A stretch of DNA of 64,000 bases from Tubulanus polymorphus. Its lineage: Eukaryota > Animalia > Nemertea. Of this stretch, positions 50,201 to 62,766 are shown piece after piece. The position numbers and the translations under genes were made by a program. Within the stretch, counting starts at the first letter, position 1; each line of letters starts with the position of its first letter. The stretch lies in assembly GCF_964204645.1 (NCBI RefSeq), contig NC_134028.1, positions 10,168,001 to 10,232,000 on the forward strand, written 5' to 3'. A model generated the notes under the pieces. That model saw only the letters and a program-made list of their open reading frames with translations. It was not told the origin of the DNA and did no database searches.

Positions 50201-52314
50201 CTTACCTTATTGCCCAGAACATTTAACTGTAGATGATAGTTATTTAACTGAATACCAGAAGAAAATAAAACCGAAAGATCATGTTTTTACAGAAAAATTA
50301 ATACTTACTCAAAATAATAAATACAATTATATTGTTCATTATAGAATGTTAAAATTTTATCTAAAACAAGGAATGAAATTAAAGAAAGTAAATAGATATA
50401 TTGAATTTAATCAATCGAAGTGGTTAGAAAAATATATAGATTTCAATACTCAACAGAGAACCATATCAAAAACAGATTTTGAAAAAGATTTCTTCAAATT
50501 AATGAATAATAGTTTTTATGGTAAAACATGCGAAAATATTAGAAATAGAAATGATATTGAATTAGTAAATAATTCTGAAAGATTAAGACACCTACAATCA
50601 AGTCCTAGACATTTAGGAAATAAAAGATTTGAAGATTATTTAACAGCAGTTAAATTAAAAAGAACATCAATGAAATTTAATAAACCTATATTTATTGGTT
50701 CGACTGTTTTAGAAGTATCAAAATTATTAATGTATGATTTTTATTATAATGTTTTACAACCACTTTTTGGGGAAAAGCATATTGAAATATTATATTTTGA
50801 TATTGTAACAGCTGACACCCCAATATTATTAAAATGTAATGATAAAATATTGATAAGAAGAATTTCAGAAATAATTCTAAAACAAAATGAATATTATATT
50901 TCATATGGAGAAAAAGAATTAATACAAATAAATGGTTTAATGGATGTTTGGACAAGAAATGGATGGAAAAAATTAAAGAATATTATTAGGCATAAAACAA
51001 ATAAGAAAATCTATAGAGTTAGAACTAGATTAGGATTTGTAGATGTTACAGAAGATCATAGTTTAATTAAACGAAATGGTGATGAAATAAAACCGACTGA
51101 TATAAAAATTGGAGATGAATTATTACCTAAAAGATTTTTCCAAAGAATGAATCATATGTCATTTGATGAAATTATTGATAATATTTATGATATAGAACCC
51201 GAAACATTAGAAGAAAAAGAATATTTTATCAAAGGATTTTTCATGGGTGATGGTTCAGCAGGTGTGTATAATTATGTTAATCGCACTCAATATCGTTGGT
51301 ATTTATGCAATCAAGATTTGAAATTATTAGAAAGAATAAAGAAATTCTGCGAAGAAGTTTATTCATATAAAACATTTAGAATCATGGATCATATGAAATC
51401 ATCGGCGGTTTATAGAATACTTGTAAATAATCCTAAAGATTTTGCTACAAAATATAATGATGAATTCTATATTCATGCAATAGTGAAAAGTAATACTTCA
51501 ACAAAAGAAAAGATAGTTCCAGATTATGTATTGAATGCAAAAAATAATTTAAGAAAGTGGTTCTTCATTGGATTCTATGCCGCAGATGGTTCAAAAAGTT
51601 TCAAAACAATATCTTTAGCTAAAAAAGGAAAAGTTGCTATATCAGGATTGAATATATTATGCAGTTCATTAGGATTTAATATGAATATAGAATTAATTAA
51701 ATCTAAACCAAATTGTTTTAATTTAAGGCATGTAGAAAAAGAATTTACAGAAGAAGTTAAAGATTTATTTGAAATATATAACCCAACTGACTATGTTTAT
51801 GATTTATCAACAGATGATGGAACATTCAATTCTGGGTTCCCATTAATCCAAAAAAATACCGACAGTTACATACTAAAAATCAAGACAAATGACATAACAA
51901 AAGACTTAAAAACATTAAAACATTATTTTGATTTTAGCAATTATCCCAAAGATCATGAACTATTTAGTAATGATGATAAAAAGATTCCTGGTAAATTTAA
52001 AGATGAATTAGGGGATGATGAAATGATTGAATTTGTTGGGATAAGAAGTAAAATGTATAGTTACAGAACAAAAGATCATGAAGCTAAAAAGTTAAAAGGA
52101 ATAACAAAACATGTGGTTGATAAACATATAGAATTTCAAGATTATATAAAGTGTTTATATAAATCAATTGTAATGAAACACAAAATGAATTGTTTTAAGA
52201 TCAGAAGATCATGAGATGTACATTAATGAAGTTGAAAAAACTAGTTTAAATCCATTTGATGATAAAAGGCATATTTTAGATGATGGTATAAAAACATTAC
52301 CTTATGGTTATTAA
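47261..52314 (+). pseudogene. polB: pPolB with N-terminal Zn fingers, OTU-like protease, HNH/EndoVII insertion and intein; frameshifts near 48860 and 52195
   Basis: ORFs 47261-48886 and 48849-52214 plus a tail to TAA at 52312-52314; all exonuclease and polymerase motifs present; DNKCFLW..EHY; CCYC..RDHDHL..YRGAAHEDCN. Confidence 0.93.
50802..51857 (+). other. intein with LAGLIDADG endonuclease in pPolB motif C, copy B (residue 1 is Ile, not Ser)
   Basis: YFD|IVTADTP ... LIQKN|TDSY; 1056 bp, in frame; same blocks as copy A. Confidence 0.92.
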
Positions 52315-53607
52315 AATGGATCTATATCATCAAACTCGAAATCACTATTGGCTTCTTCATTTTCATTTAATTGTTCAGGTTCTTCTTCCATTCCATTTTT
52401 TCCATCTTGTTCCACATTTCATCTCGCTCTCTTTGTTTCTTTTTGTTTGTTAATTCATCAAATGGAATAATAATATCTATGTTTAAATAATTTACAATCT
52501 TATTTAAAAAGAATTCATAATTTATTGAATCTGTTATTCTATTTTCCAAATGATATATTAATATTTGTTTAAATATTTTTTTTATATTTTCCATATCTTC
52601 TTCTGTTAATTTAGGTTTTTCATAATAATCGTTAAATAATAAATATAAATACATTTTCTTTTGTTTTGTGTTAAATGTTGATGGAATAATTGTTTTTATA
52701 ATATCTTTTTTAATTATTTCACCATTTTCATTTTCTATTATTTTCATTTTTTAAGCCATTGCATATATTCTGGTGTATGATCTTCTATAGAAAATATTTT
52801 AAAAATTTCATCAAGATAATTTAATTTTGGATCTATGAGAAAATTTTTAGTTTTTTCTTCACCCCATAAATTCTTTTGCCATCCACGATCAACACAAGAT
52901 AACACAGTACCTTCTTGCCTTAAGGTCGCATAAATACATTGTGGGCATTTTTGTTTATAATTTATTGGTAATAGATCTTCATTAAGCTCTTGGTATTTTC
53001 TTACGTTTTCTTTATGTTTTATTGTTCTATTATGTAGATTTGAATTACTTGCTGTAATAATCAATTTACAATATTTACAATAATATGTTTTTCTTGTTAA
53101 ATCATTATATTGTTTTTCTAACTTTTCAACTGTTTCTTCATTATCTGGTAACGTTTTCTCATATTTTATTTTTTCTAATAAATTATTTTTTCTTTCATTA
53201 AATTCAGTTTCAAATTTATTATAAATTTCATCTATATGTACTTTACGAAATTGATGATTCTCCCAATCTTCTATATTTTCAGGGCTATATTTTATTCGAC
53301 AAGGCTCGCAGGAATGATCTTTTATATTATCCTTATCATAGAATAAGAAAGGTCTTTTCCAAATAACTTCAGGTTCAACTTCAGCAGAATTACTATTACT
53401 TTCATTACTATCAACATTAGCCGTTGCACCATTAATTCTACACTTCTCTGAATGTTTTTTAACATAATTTCTTGAGAATAATTTATTACATTTTGGACAG
53501 TTTATTTTAGGGGGTTTATAATTTTCATCATGTTTTTTCATATGTCGAGCCATATTACTTTTTCTTAGAAGTTCACCACAAATTTCGCATGCTATCTTCT
53601 CGTCCAT
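52311..53607 (-). pseudogene. C2H2 zinc-finger plus VLTF3-like protein, frameshifted
   Basis: CEIC..HMKKH, CPKC..H, YCKYCK..H fingers; ORFs 52744-53607 and 52367-52747; C-terminal INYEFFLNKI..DEMWNK. Confidence 0.7.
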
Positions 53608-53674
53608 TTATTTAGGAAAATTTTATTAAAATTAATTTTTAGTGATGAGCGGTAATTTTTTTATGTTATAAATA

Positions 53675-54463
53675 ATGGTATAATTAAAAGAACACAGAAT
53701 ATTTGTTGATTCTAGAAAACTTACAAATTATAAATCACATAATTTACTAGTACAATTAGATAGAGAATTTAAGAATTGTGTTGATTTAAAATTAGTTAAT
53801 ATAAGTTTATGTAACTCATTTTACAATATACCAGATAAAACTTATGAACATAGAAGTTTTTTTATTCTTGATAAACGTAGTAATAATAATTTTCAACTTA
53901 TGATTACACCAGGATTATATAATTTAGAAACATTAGCGCAAGAAATTAATAGAAAAGCTCGGATTATGTTAGGTAGTGATTCTAAATCTAATATTAAATT
54001 CATAAAAAGTGAGAGCTCTAATAAAATTAAAGTAAAGTTTGATGATGAAAATATTAGTCCTGATTCATTTATGTTAAGAAGACATGCTTACGCGGTAAAA
54101 AAACCTTTTGCTAAACTGTTAGGAATTCCTCCAGATAAACTTATTGTTGGAAACATATACGGTATATCAAACTTAATACCTTTTACACATTTTTATATTT
54201 ATTGCAATTTAATTAACCCAACAAAAACATTTGAAGCAACTAAAGATACAATTTGTAATTCTAGTATATTAAATATTTTACCATTAAAAAATGTCAAACA
54301 ATTTGGAACTCAAATAAATTATAATTTAACTGAATGTGATTTCAAACCTTGTATTCCACATTTCAATAATTTTAAATTAGAAATAAGAAATCATAATGGT
54401 TATTTAATTGATTTGAATAACTTTCCTGTAATTTATGAATTAGTTATAAGATGTAAAGAGTAA
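53675..54463 (+). pseudogene. penton/minor capsid protein; nonsense codon at codon 3
   Basis: ATG GTA TAA here versus ATG GTA GAA in copy A; the rest is open and homologous to 603-1361. Confidence 0.72.
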
Positions 54464-54479
54464 TTTTTTCACTATATAA

Positions 54480-54833
54480 ATGAATATAACTGTTGGACCG
54501 AGTATATGTTTTGGGTTTGATTTTAAACGTGAGAAAGAAATGAAATTTAACATTAATGATGTAATTACACAAATCAAAAATATTGCATTTTCTAATGAAA
54601 CAACATTTAAGTATGAAAAAACAATAGATAAAGAAACTTTAAATGTAGAAAAGATTACTAATTTAATTAGAGAATCTTTAAGATTTTATGAATTAGATGA
54701 AGATTTTATCATAGATGATATCAAAAAAATAATAATTGAAATATATACAAATGAAACTAGTAATAAAATAAATGTTGAATTAATCATCACTAAGATAACT
54801 AAATATTTTGAAGATAGTAATTTTTTTGATTAA
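54480..54833 (+). CDS. Polinton hypothetical protein (117 aa)
   Basis: Conserved with 233-586. Confidence 0.75.
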   Translation: MNITVGPSICFGFDFKREKEMKFNINDVITQIKNIAFSNETTFKYEKTIDKETLNVEKITNLIRESLRFYELDEDFIIDDIKKIIIEIYTNETSNKINVELIITKITKYFEDSNFFD

Positions 54834-54836
54834 TAA

Positions 54837-55058
54837 ATGAGTGATAATAAGTGGATAATAACTGGATTATATAATGGCGCCCTACTATCAGTTGGAATTG
54901 TTGGTTATTCAATGGTATTAAAAAAAGTATTCAAAATGGGAAGTGTTAATGTTGATAGATTTGATATAAATGATATCTTAAAATTAACATTAGCAGTTAC
55001 TTTATCTAATCTAACAATTGATTATTTAGAAAAACAAAAATATATTCCTCCCATATAA
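54837..55058 (+). CDS. small hydrophobic Polinton protein (73 aa)
   Basis: Conserved with 8-229. Confidence 0.75.
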   Translation: MSDNKWIITGLYNGALLSVGIVGYSMVLKKVFKMGSVNVDRFDINDILKLTLAVTLSNLTIDYLEKQKYIPPI

Positions 55059-55082
55059 TTACATAATTTTTTTACTAAATAA

Positions 55083-55505
55083 ATGGCTTCTGCAATTATA
55101 ACTATTATAGGATCGGCAATTGTTAACGCTTTGGCATTTACTGGTGGTGGATATTTATTTAAACATATTGATAAAAATAGTTCATTAGGAGAACAAAGAA
55201 GACATAACTTAGCATTAGAGAAATACAATAAAGCAGCAGAAGAATATAGAGAAAAGAGGCAAAACTATATGGATTATATTAACAAGGAATTATATGATCA
55301 GAAGATTTCACATAGAGATTTTCAATCAGTTGATGATGCAATGAGTTTATATAACGCAGTAACAAATAAAGAAAAATTACATCTATACAAACCTAAATTA
55401 TCAGATTATTATACCCCAAGTAAAGAACAACAGAAATATGAAATAATATGGATTTTAGGTGGAACTGTTATTGTTATATTTGTAGCATATAAATTTACTA
55501 ATTAG
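55083..55505 (+). CDS. Polinton membrane protein (140 aa)
   Basis: Gly/Ala-rich hydrophobic N-terminus, central coiled coil, C-terminal TM segment; TAAATG start. Confidence 0.7.
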   Translation: MASAIITIIGSAIVNALAFTGGGYLFKHIDKNSSLGEQRRHNLALEKYNKAAEEYREKRQNYMDYINKELYDQKISHRDFQSVDDAMSLYNAVTNKEKLHLYKPKLSDYYTPSKEQQKYEIIWILGGTVIVIFVAYKFTN

Positions 55506-55524
55506 TAATTTTTTTTCTAAATAA

Positions 55525-55959
55525 ATGGAAAATAAAGTTGATAGTATTGATATCATTCCTCATGATATAAATAAAACTAAATTAAAAATATATTTAGAAA
55601 AACAAATATTAGAATTTGAAAGTGACTTAAAGATAAAAAAGAAAAAATATTTAAAATGTAAAATTATATATTATTTGATTATTAGTGGTTCGGTTACAAT
55701 TAGTTCTGTAATAACATTTCTAGCAATATTCAGTCCATTAACACCTTTAGCTATATCAATTGGTGTATTAGGATTAAGTTCAAGTGTATTAACCGGCATA
55801 AGTTCAAAATTAAATATAAAAAGTAATAAAGAAAAAATGAAAACTAATATAAAAGAAATTAATAAATTAAAGAACACACTAGATTATATCATGAGTTTAA
55901 ATGGTCATATAACAGTTGAAGAACAAGATAAATTATTAAAAGAATTAATAAATTATTAA
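55525..55959 (+). CDS. Polinton two-TM coiled-coil protein (144 aa)
   Basis: Hydrophobic hairpin flanked by Lys-rich helices; TAAATG start. Confidence 0.7.
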   Translation: MENKVDSIDIIPHDINKTKLKIYLEKQILEFESDLKIKKKKYLKCKIIYYLIISGSVTISSVITFLAIFSPLTPLAISIGVLGLSSSVLTGISSKLNIKSNKEKMKTNIKEINKLKNTLDYIMSLNGHITVEEQDKLLKELINY

Positions 55960-55975
55960 TTTTTTAATTATATAA

Positions 55976-57365
55976 ATGGTAGATAGTTTTCCAAAAGCCT
56001 TCCAATATAATAAATCAATTAAATATAATATTCCAGCAATAGATTTTAATAAAGATATTACATATAGAAATGAAATTTTAGATTCATTAACTAATTTAGA
56101 AATTTATGTTACTGAAACTAATAATTTTAATGCAAAGATGGAAAATATATTTCATGTATATTTAATTGATTTTAAAAAATTGAAAGATGAAAAACAATGG
56201 TTATTAAAATCTAATATGAAGTATTGGCAGAACCAATTAAATTTTGCTGTTTATTGTGCAACAACAGGATGTGGAATTAGTTGGAATGATCATTTGAATA
56301 ATTCTAAATATAAATTAATTCAAAGTTTATTTAGATTTCATACATACTTTCAAATCAGAATAATATTTAATGAATTAGAGTGCGCTTTACCAGGATCAAG
56401 ATATTTTTAAAGAATTAGATAATAATACTAATTTATCAAAGTTTTATAAAATTTGTAATGAATTTAATATAGATATAAATAATTCTGATTTTAGAACAAA
56501 AAATGGAACAATAAGATCCCTTCCTTGCCCTAAAAAGATTGCAGAATATTGTGCACTTCCCATACCATCTAATAGCTTTTATAATATCTATAATAATAAA
56601 TTAGGTTATGGTAAAATAGAAACTAAGGATTTAGAAACATTAAATTTCAATAAATTACCGAAATTTTATGATAATTTAAAACAAGAAAACAATAATGGTT
56701 GGGTTTATTTCATTTTAGAAAACAGTGAAGGTTTTACAAAATCAGGTATACAAAGAATAAATCAATCTATTAGAACTTATTTGATATGTATTCTAGGTGC
56801 ACAAGTTGAAACAAGATCCCCAATAATTGGAAATTTAAATACATCATTTGATACACAGAAACAATTTAAAGTTTTATTTGACGATTCAATTCATAATGAT
56901 AAAAATAGATCGATTCCAGAAAACATTATAAGATATCAAAATTATTTAGATAAATCTCATGTAAGGCTTAATTATTGTATAGGCCCTAATCTATTTATTA
57001 TTTCTAATGATTTAGTATTAAAGATGGGAAACATAATTGGTTATAATAATCTAATTAAAACTGCAACAATAAATAATTCATTTGGATTGAATGATATAAA
57101 TAAAAAGATTATTACTGCTCCAAAATTAATGGAAGGTGAAAAAAATAAAAAACACATTCAATCAACAGAAACTAAAACTAAGAATATTAAATTAAATAAT
57201 GATTCTAAAATAAAAGATTATAATACATCAGAAAATAATAGAACTGATATTATTCAACATGATATAATTAAAACTGATAATGATAATAAATCCCATGAAA
57301 ATACTAAATTAGCTATAACTTGTATAGGAATTGTAATCGGAGGAATATTATATTTTAAATTTTAA
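55976..57365 (+). pseudogene. Polinton protein of unknown function with C-terminal TM, frameshifted near 56405
   Basis: ORFs 55976-56410 (WQNQLNFAVYCATTGCG) and 56781-57365 appear to be one gene; intergenic motifs bound both ends. Confidence 0.6.
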
Positions 57366-57381
57366 TTTTTTTATTATATAA

Positions 57382-58811
57382 ATGGATGTAGAAGGTGGAG
57401 AAGATATTGGAATGGATCCTTTTGATGAACCTGGTATAACTGATGAACAACTACTGATTTTGATGAAACAAGTTTAAATGATGGTAATGAGCCAGAATAT
57501 AATAATAATTTGAATATGCCTGATTATATTAAAAATGCAGAATCACAATTAAATCCTGAAAATTTAGACCCAGATTTAGTAAAACAAGATTTCGATAATT
57601 TAAACAAAATACCTAAATTAGAAGATTTAATTGAAAAATCTAAACTTAACATAAATGATGAAGACGTTGGACTTTTAGCAGATCAATTAAAATTTTTAGA
57701 TAATGGTAAATGTTATTATCGTTTGAAAGGTGATTATTATATTGATATCACTTATAAAAATAATAAAAACAAAATATTATCAGAATCAACTTTAGAAAAA
57801 TTAAAACCAGATAGAATTAAAATAATAAGTAATAGTAATGAAATAACTGATGTTACACAAAAAGAAATAGATGATAATATAGACGTATTTAAACAAAGAA
57901 TTAATGAATTATTTGAAATAATCAAAAAGAAATCAGAAACAGAAACAACATCTGAACAGAATATAACTTCCAAAACTAGTAAACTTAAATCAAATAAAGT
58001 TTCAATTGAAAAACTTTTACCGAATGGATTAATTGATGCAACAGATCAACAATTAGAAGATTTAAATATATTTTCTGATGAAGCAATTAGAGAAATTATT
58101 AGTATAAGAAATGAAGCTGATAAAATTGCACATAATAAAAGTATAAGAGATCAAAAATTATGTATTTGGAAAAAGAATTAACTAATGCAAATAAAGAAAT
58201 AGAACAAATAAAGTCTGATTTAGATCATCAAGTAATTGATGAAATAGAATATAGGCAAAAAGAATTACGTTTAGAAAAAGAAATTAATAATTTAAAAGAT
58301 AATTTAGAAGTACAAAAAGAAGAAATTAAATTATTATCAAAATCATATGATTATAATATAAATAGATTAAAAGTTATTTTTAAAGATTTATTCTGAAATA
58401 TCACTGAAAGATAGAATAAAGTTATTATTCAAATTAGAAGGAATAACAATTCTTTCAATTCTAACAGCTGTAACTATGTTATGTACAACAATTGGTTTAG
58501 CAATATCAAATGCTTTGAAATCTACTCCTACTCCCAATAAACCGGATAAACCCCCGAATGATAATAATTCTATACAAGATAAAGTTAAAGATGGTTTAAA
58601 GAAATTAGCAAAATATTTATGGGAACTATCTAAAAAATCTGCTGCAGCTTTACCAGGAATTATTGCATCAATTGTTGGTTTTATATTGAAATCTGCTGGG
58701 AATATTCTTAACTTTGCTGCTGAACATATTATTTTATTTTTAATTACAGTTGTAAGTGCTATTATCTTTGGGTTAGTAAATATGATATCAAAAAATATCA
58801 AGAAAAAATAA
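57382..58811 (+). pseudogene. acidic/coiled-coil protein with C-terminal hydrophobic segments, frameshifted
   Basis: TAAATG at 57382; fragments 57510-58181, 58160-58396 and 58476-58811. Confidence 0.6.
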
Positions 58812-58861
58812 TAAAAAATAAACATGATAAAAAATAAATAATTAATTTTTTTGTTAAATAA

Positions 58862-60108
58862 ATGAGTGGGAGTTATATAAGTCCTTCTAAGATTTCTAGA
58901 ATACTAATGCTATTAAAGCAGAAAGATCACATCATATAATTACTCATAATCCTTCAAATATTAATCCTGATGAAACTTTATATGTTAGAATTCCTAGATT
59001 AACACAAAATACTTTTTATGTTCCAAATAGTATTTATTTATCAGCCGATATAAAAGTAAATGGTCATGATAACAATTATGTTGTTGATAATGTTGGAAGA
59101 TATTTGATTAAAAAATTAACTATAAAGATTGGTCCAGAAACAGTTTTCTCATTAGATGATTATAATTTATTTATGCATTATAAAGATTTATGGTTAACTA
59201 AAGAAAATAGAAATAATATGATATTTCAGGGTATTCAATCGAAAAACCATAATAAATTAAGATCAGGAGCTTATGACGCAATAGTAACTCGTGCCACAGA
59301 TAATTTGATTAAAAAGATTTATGGAAGCAAATATAAAATTCCATTAGACTATGAATTGATAAATAATAATGCACCTTTATATAAATACGCAATTCAAGAA
59401 GATATTATATTTGAGATAACATTTGCTCCTGTAAATGAAATTGTATTATCTAGCGTTGTTAAAGATATGGGTTATAAATTATCGAATATATGTTTAGAAT
59501 ATAACACAGTAACTAATGAAAATATTGCTAGCACAATTCAAACTCAATACAATCAAGGATTTTCATTATTATATGATTATATTGATAAATTTAAAACCGT
59601 AACTATTAATGCAAATGATGAAATAATTAATGAGAATATTAACTTCCCAAGAAGATCTATTAAAGGTATATTAATATTTTTTACCATTGCAACATATTCT
59701 AATGGTGCAATAAAGGTAGATAATTATTATAATCCTGAAATAACAAAAGTTGAAATAACTATCGAAGGAATAGCAAATAAAATATTTTGTCAAGGAATGA
59801 GAATGATTGATCAATGGCCAGAAATTAGAAAACATTTTATGAATGAAAAAGTAAAATCATTTGAAAATTGTAATATTAATCAAATTGATTATTATACCGC
59901 TAATAAATATGCATTATGGTTAGATTTTAGAACAACAGAGGATAATTCATTACATGGTTCTGGGAAGAAATTACAGAACACTAAAGATGGAATACAATTA
60001 TTCATGAAAAAGAAAAAAGGAGACAAAAATTTCAAAATGCACATTTATATTATATCTGACGCGCAATTAAATATTGTAAATTCACAATTAGATAGTATTC
60101 AATATTAG
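58862..60108 (+). pseudogene. major capsid protein (double jelly-roll, hexon-like); frameshift near the 5' end
   Basis: HNPSNINPDETLYVRIP..VDNVGRYLIKKL; NENINFPRRSIKGIL; YALWLDFRT..DNSLHGSG; position next to integrase and ATPase. Confidence 0.75.
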
Positions 60109-60138
60109 AAATATAAAGTTAAAATTAAGGATATATAA

Positions 60139-61267
60139 ATGGGTGGTAAAAAAACTCCTAATACTAAAGAACAATATTTAAGAAATTTATATTACAACCC
60201 TGAGAGTTCAGTTGCTTATTCTTCTACTAAAAATATATGGCGTCAAGTAAAACAAGATAAATTAGATAAGATAATCCCACAAAATTTAGTTAAATATAAA
60301 GATATAAATGAATTTATGTTAGAACAACCAACATATACAACACATAAAAAATTGTTAGAAAATATAAAACTCGTAAAACTATGATAAGTTATGTAAATCA
60401 ACAGTGGCAAGGAGATTTAATTGATATGAAAAATGTTAAGAAAGATAATGATGATTATTGGTGGTTATTGAATATAATTGATATTTTTAGTCGTTATGTA
60501 TGGAGCTTCCCACTTTATAGAAAAGATGCTGTACAAACATCAAATGTTTTAAGAAAATTTCTTTCGGATGATAAACTAAAACCAGAAAAAAAAACAATTT
60601 GATGATGGAAAAGAGTTTGATAATTCACTTGTTCATGAACTCTCAGATAATCATAATATTAATTATTTTTCAACAAAATCGGATAAAAAAGCAGCAGTTG
60701 TTGAACGATTTAATAGAACATTAAGAACAAGAATGTGGAAATATTTTACAGCAAATAATACTTTTAAATGGATTGATGTTTTGCCAAAATTGATAGAAGG
60801 ATATAATAATTCTTATAATTCTTCTATTGGAATGAAACCTATTGATGCTAGAAAACCTGAAAATGCTGAAATTGTTTGGAATAATTTATATGGAGCATTT
60901 CTTGTAGATGATTTTGGTGAACCTAAATTTAAAAGTTGGTCAAAATGATAGAATTTCTAAGTATAAAAAGATATTTGATAAAGGATACGATCGAAATTTT
61001 ACTAGAGAAATATATAAAATAAAAAAGGTAATAACAACAAAACCATATGTCTATAAATTAGAAGATTTAGATGGTGAAGAAGTTGATGGCTACTTTTACG
61101 AAGAAGAATTAAGTTTAACTACTGAAAATCTAGAACAAGAATATAAAATTGAAAAAGTATTAAAAACAAAAACTATTAAAAGAAATAAATATTCTTTAGT
61201 AAAATGGGTTGGATGGCCAGATAAATTCAATGAATGGATATTATCAAGTAAAATTAAAAATATATAA
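60139..61267 (+). pseudogene. retroviral-like (rve) integrase with C-terminal chromodomain, frameshifted
   Basis: QWQGDLIDM, IIDIFSRY, DDGKEF, KAAVVERFNRTL, YNNSYNSSIGMKP; YKIEKVL..LVKWVGWPDKFNEWI. Confidence 0.9.
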
Positions 61268-61876
61268 ATGAATAAGGAATTATTCATATTTGAGCCTCAT
61301 AATATGTTAATTTCTGGTGTAACAAATTGTGGAAAAACTTATTTTATATTAAATTTATTAGAAACTGTTTATGAAAACTATTTTGATAATATAGTATTAT
61401 TTTGTCCAACATATGAATTTAATCAAACTTATGATAGAAATATTACTAGAAATAATAAATTTATTATATTAGATCCTAAAACAGTAAAAGAAAATTTAGA
61501 TAATTGTATAAAAAGAGCAATTGATATTTATAAAGGATCAAATACATTATTCATTGTAGATGATTGCGCTAATTTACATGATTCCAAAGTTAGAGAAAGT
61601 GAGTTATGCTATTTAGCTTTCTCTGGGAGACATTTTGGGATAACAACTTGGGTTTTAAATCAAAAATATAATTCAATTGTTAAAGACTTTAGAGAAAACA
61701 TTAGATTTCTAGTTTTATTCTACAATAAAGATAGAAAATCGATGAAAAATGCACTTGAGGAAAATGATATTATTCCACATGATTTACATAATGAATATAT
61801 GGATAATTTGAAAAATATTAAAAGATCAAAATTACTATTTAGATTACAACACCCATTTAAATATGAATTTATATAA
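61268..61876 (+). CDS. A32/FtsK-like DNA packaging ATPase
   Basis: Walker A GVTNCGKT, Walker B LFIVDD, GRHFGI..LNQ; intact 202-aa ORF. Confidence 0.9.
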   Translation: MNKELFIFEPHNMLISGVTNCGKTYFILNLLETVYENYFDNIVLFCPTYEFNQTYDRNITRNNKFIILDPKTVKENLDNCIKRAIDIYKGSNTLFIVDDCANLHDSKVRESELCYLAFSGRHFGITTWVLNQKYNSIVKDFRENIRFLVLFYNKDRKSMKNALEENDIIPHDLHNEYMDNLKNIKRSKLLFRLQHPFKYEFI

Positions 61877-61884
61877 ATTCAATT

Positions 61885-62130
61885 AGTTTGTTAATCTAGT
61901 TGAATTCTAGTTATTGGTATTTGTAACAAAAATCAAATAGATTTAACAATATTTTAACTAGCTTGTTAATCTAGTTTAATTCTAGTTACATTCTAGTTGA
62001 ATTCTAGTTGTTAGTAGTTGAAACAAAAATCAACTAGATTTAACTAGAAATAAACAAAAACAACAATATTTCAACTAGCTTGTTAATCTAGTTGAATTCT
62101 AGTTACATTCTAGTTAAATTCTAGTTGCAA
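61885..62130. repeat. CTAG-rich direct/inverted repeat array in a viral intergenic region
   Basis: Repeated TTAATCTAGTTGAATTCTAGTT and complementary AACTAG units. Confidence 0.75.
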
Positions 62131-62160
62131 CATCACACAATTAATTTTTTTGTTATATAA

Positions 62161-62766
62161 ATGGGAGGTGAAAAGAAAATAAAATCTAAAAATGGTGATG
62201 TTCCAATTGAAAAAACTTTAGATGATTTAGGAATAACTGAAACAAAATTAACTCCAGATGATGGTGCTTTAAATAATGTTACAACAAATAATAATTATGA
62301 ATATTATCTTTATTGTAAACATCAATTAGAAATATTAATAGCATCTGGAAAATGTAAAAATTTTGTCGGTAAAAATTAAACTTATAATGAATTAGATACA
62401 ATGAAATCAGATGAAATTATTAGATTATTTAAGATTTATGAAGCCGCGAGAACAGCTAGAGTTAATGACGCGATATCAGAAAATGTAGTAAAAGGTTATA
62501 GTAAATTATGTAATTATATACTACCAATTGAAGATGAAAATAGATTATATTCCGATTTAAAAAATGATTATTTAGTTATGACTGAATTAAATAAATGGAT
62601 TGGATATTTATCATTTCAATTAGGTGGATTTATGACATTATTATCAACTGGAGTTATAACATTTTCAAATATTGAAAGTAAAAAGATTTCTATAATAAAT
62701 GAGCGAGGTGGAAGAAGTGAAGGAATTAACTGTGAAGAAAAAACCGAGATCACAGAAACAAATTGA
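62161..62766 (+). pseudogene. Polinton hypothetical protein with in-frame stop at 62377
   Basis: 62161-62379 and 62401-62766 are in the same frame; TAAATG start. Confidence 0.6.

Noticed and set aside
1-55060. The two Polinton copies as giant TIRs of a single element or one viral genome
   Set aside because: Their termini face inward, their flanks and lesions differ, and the interior is intron-containing host transposon DNA.
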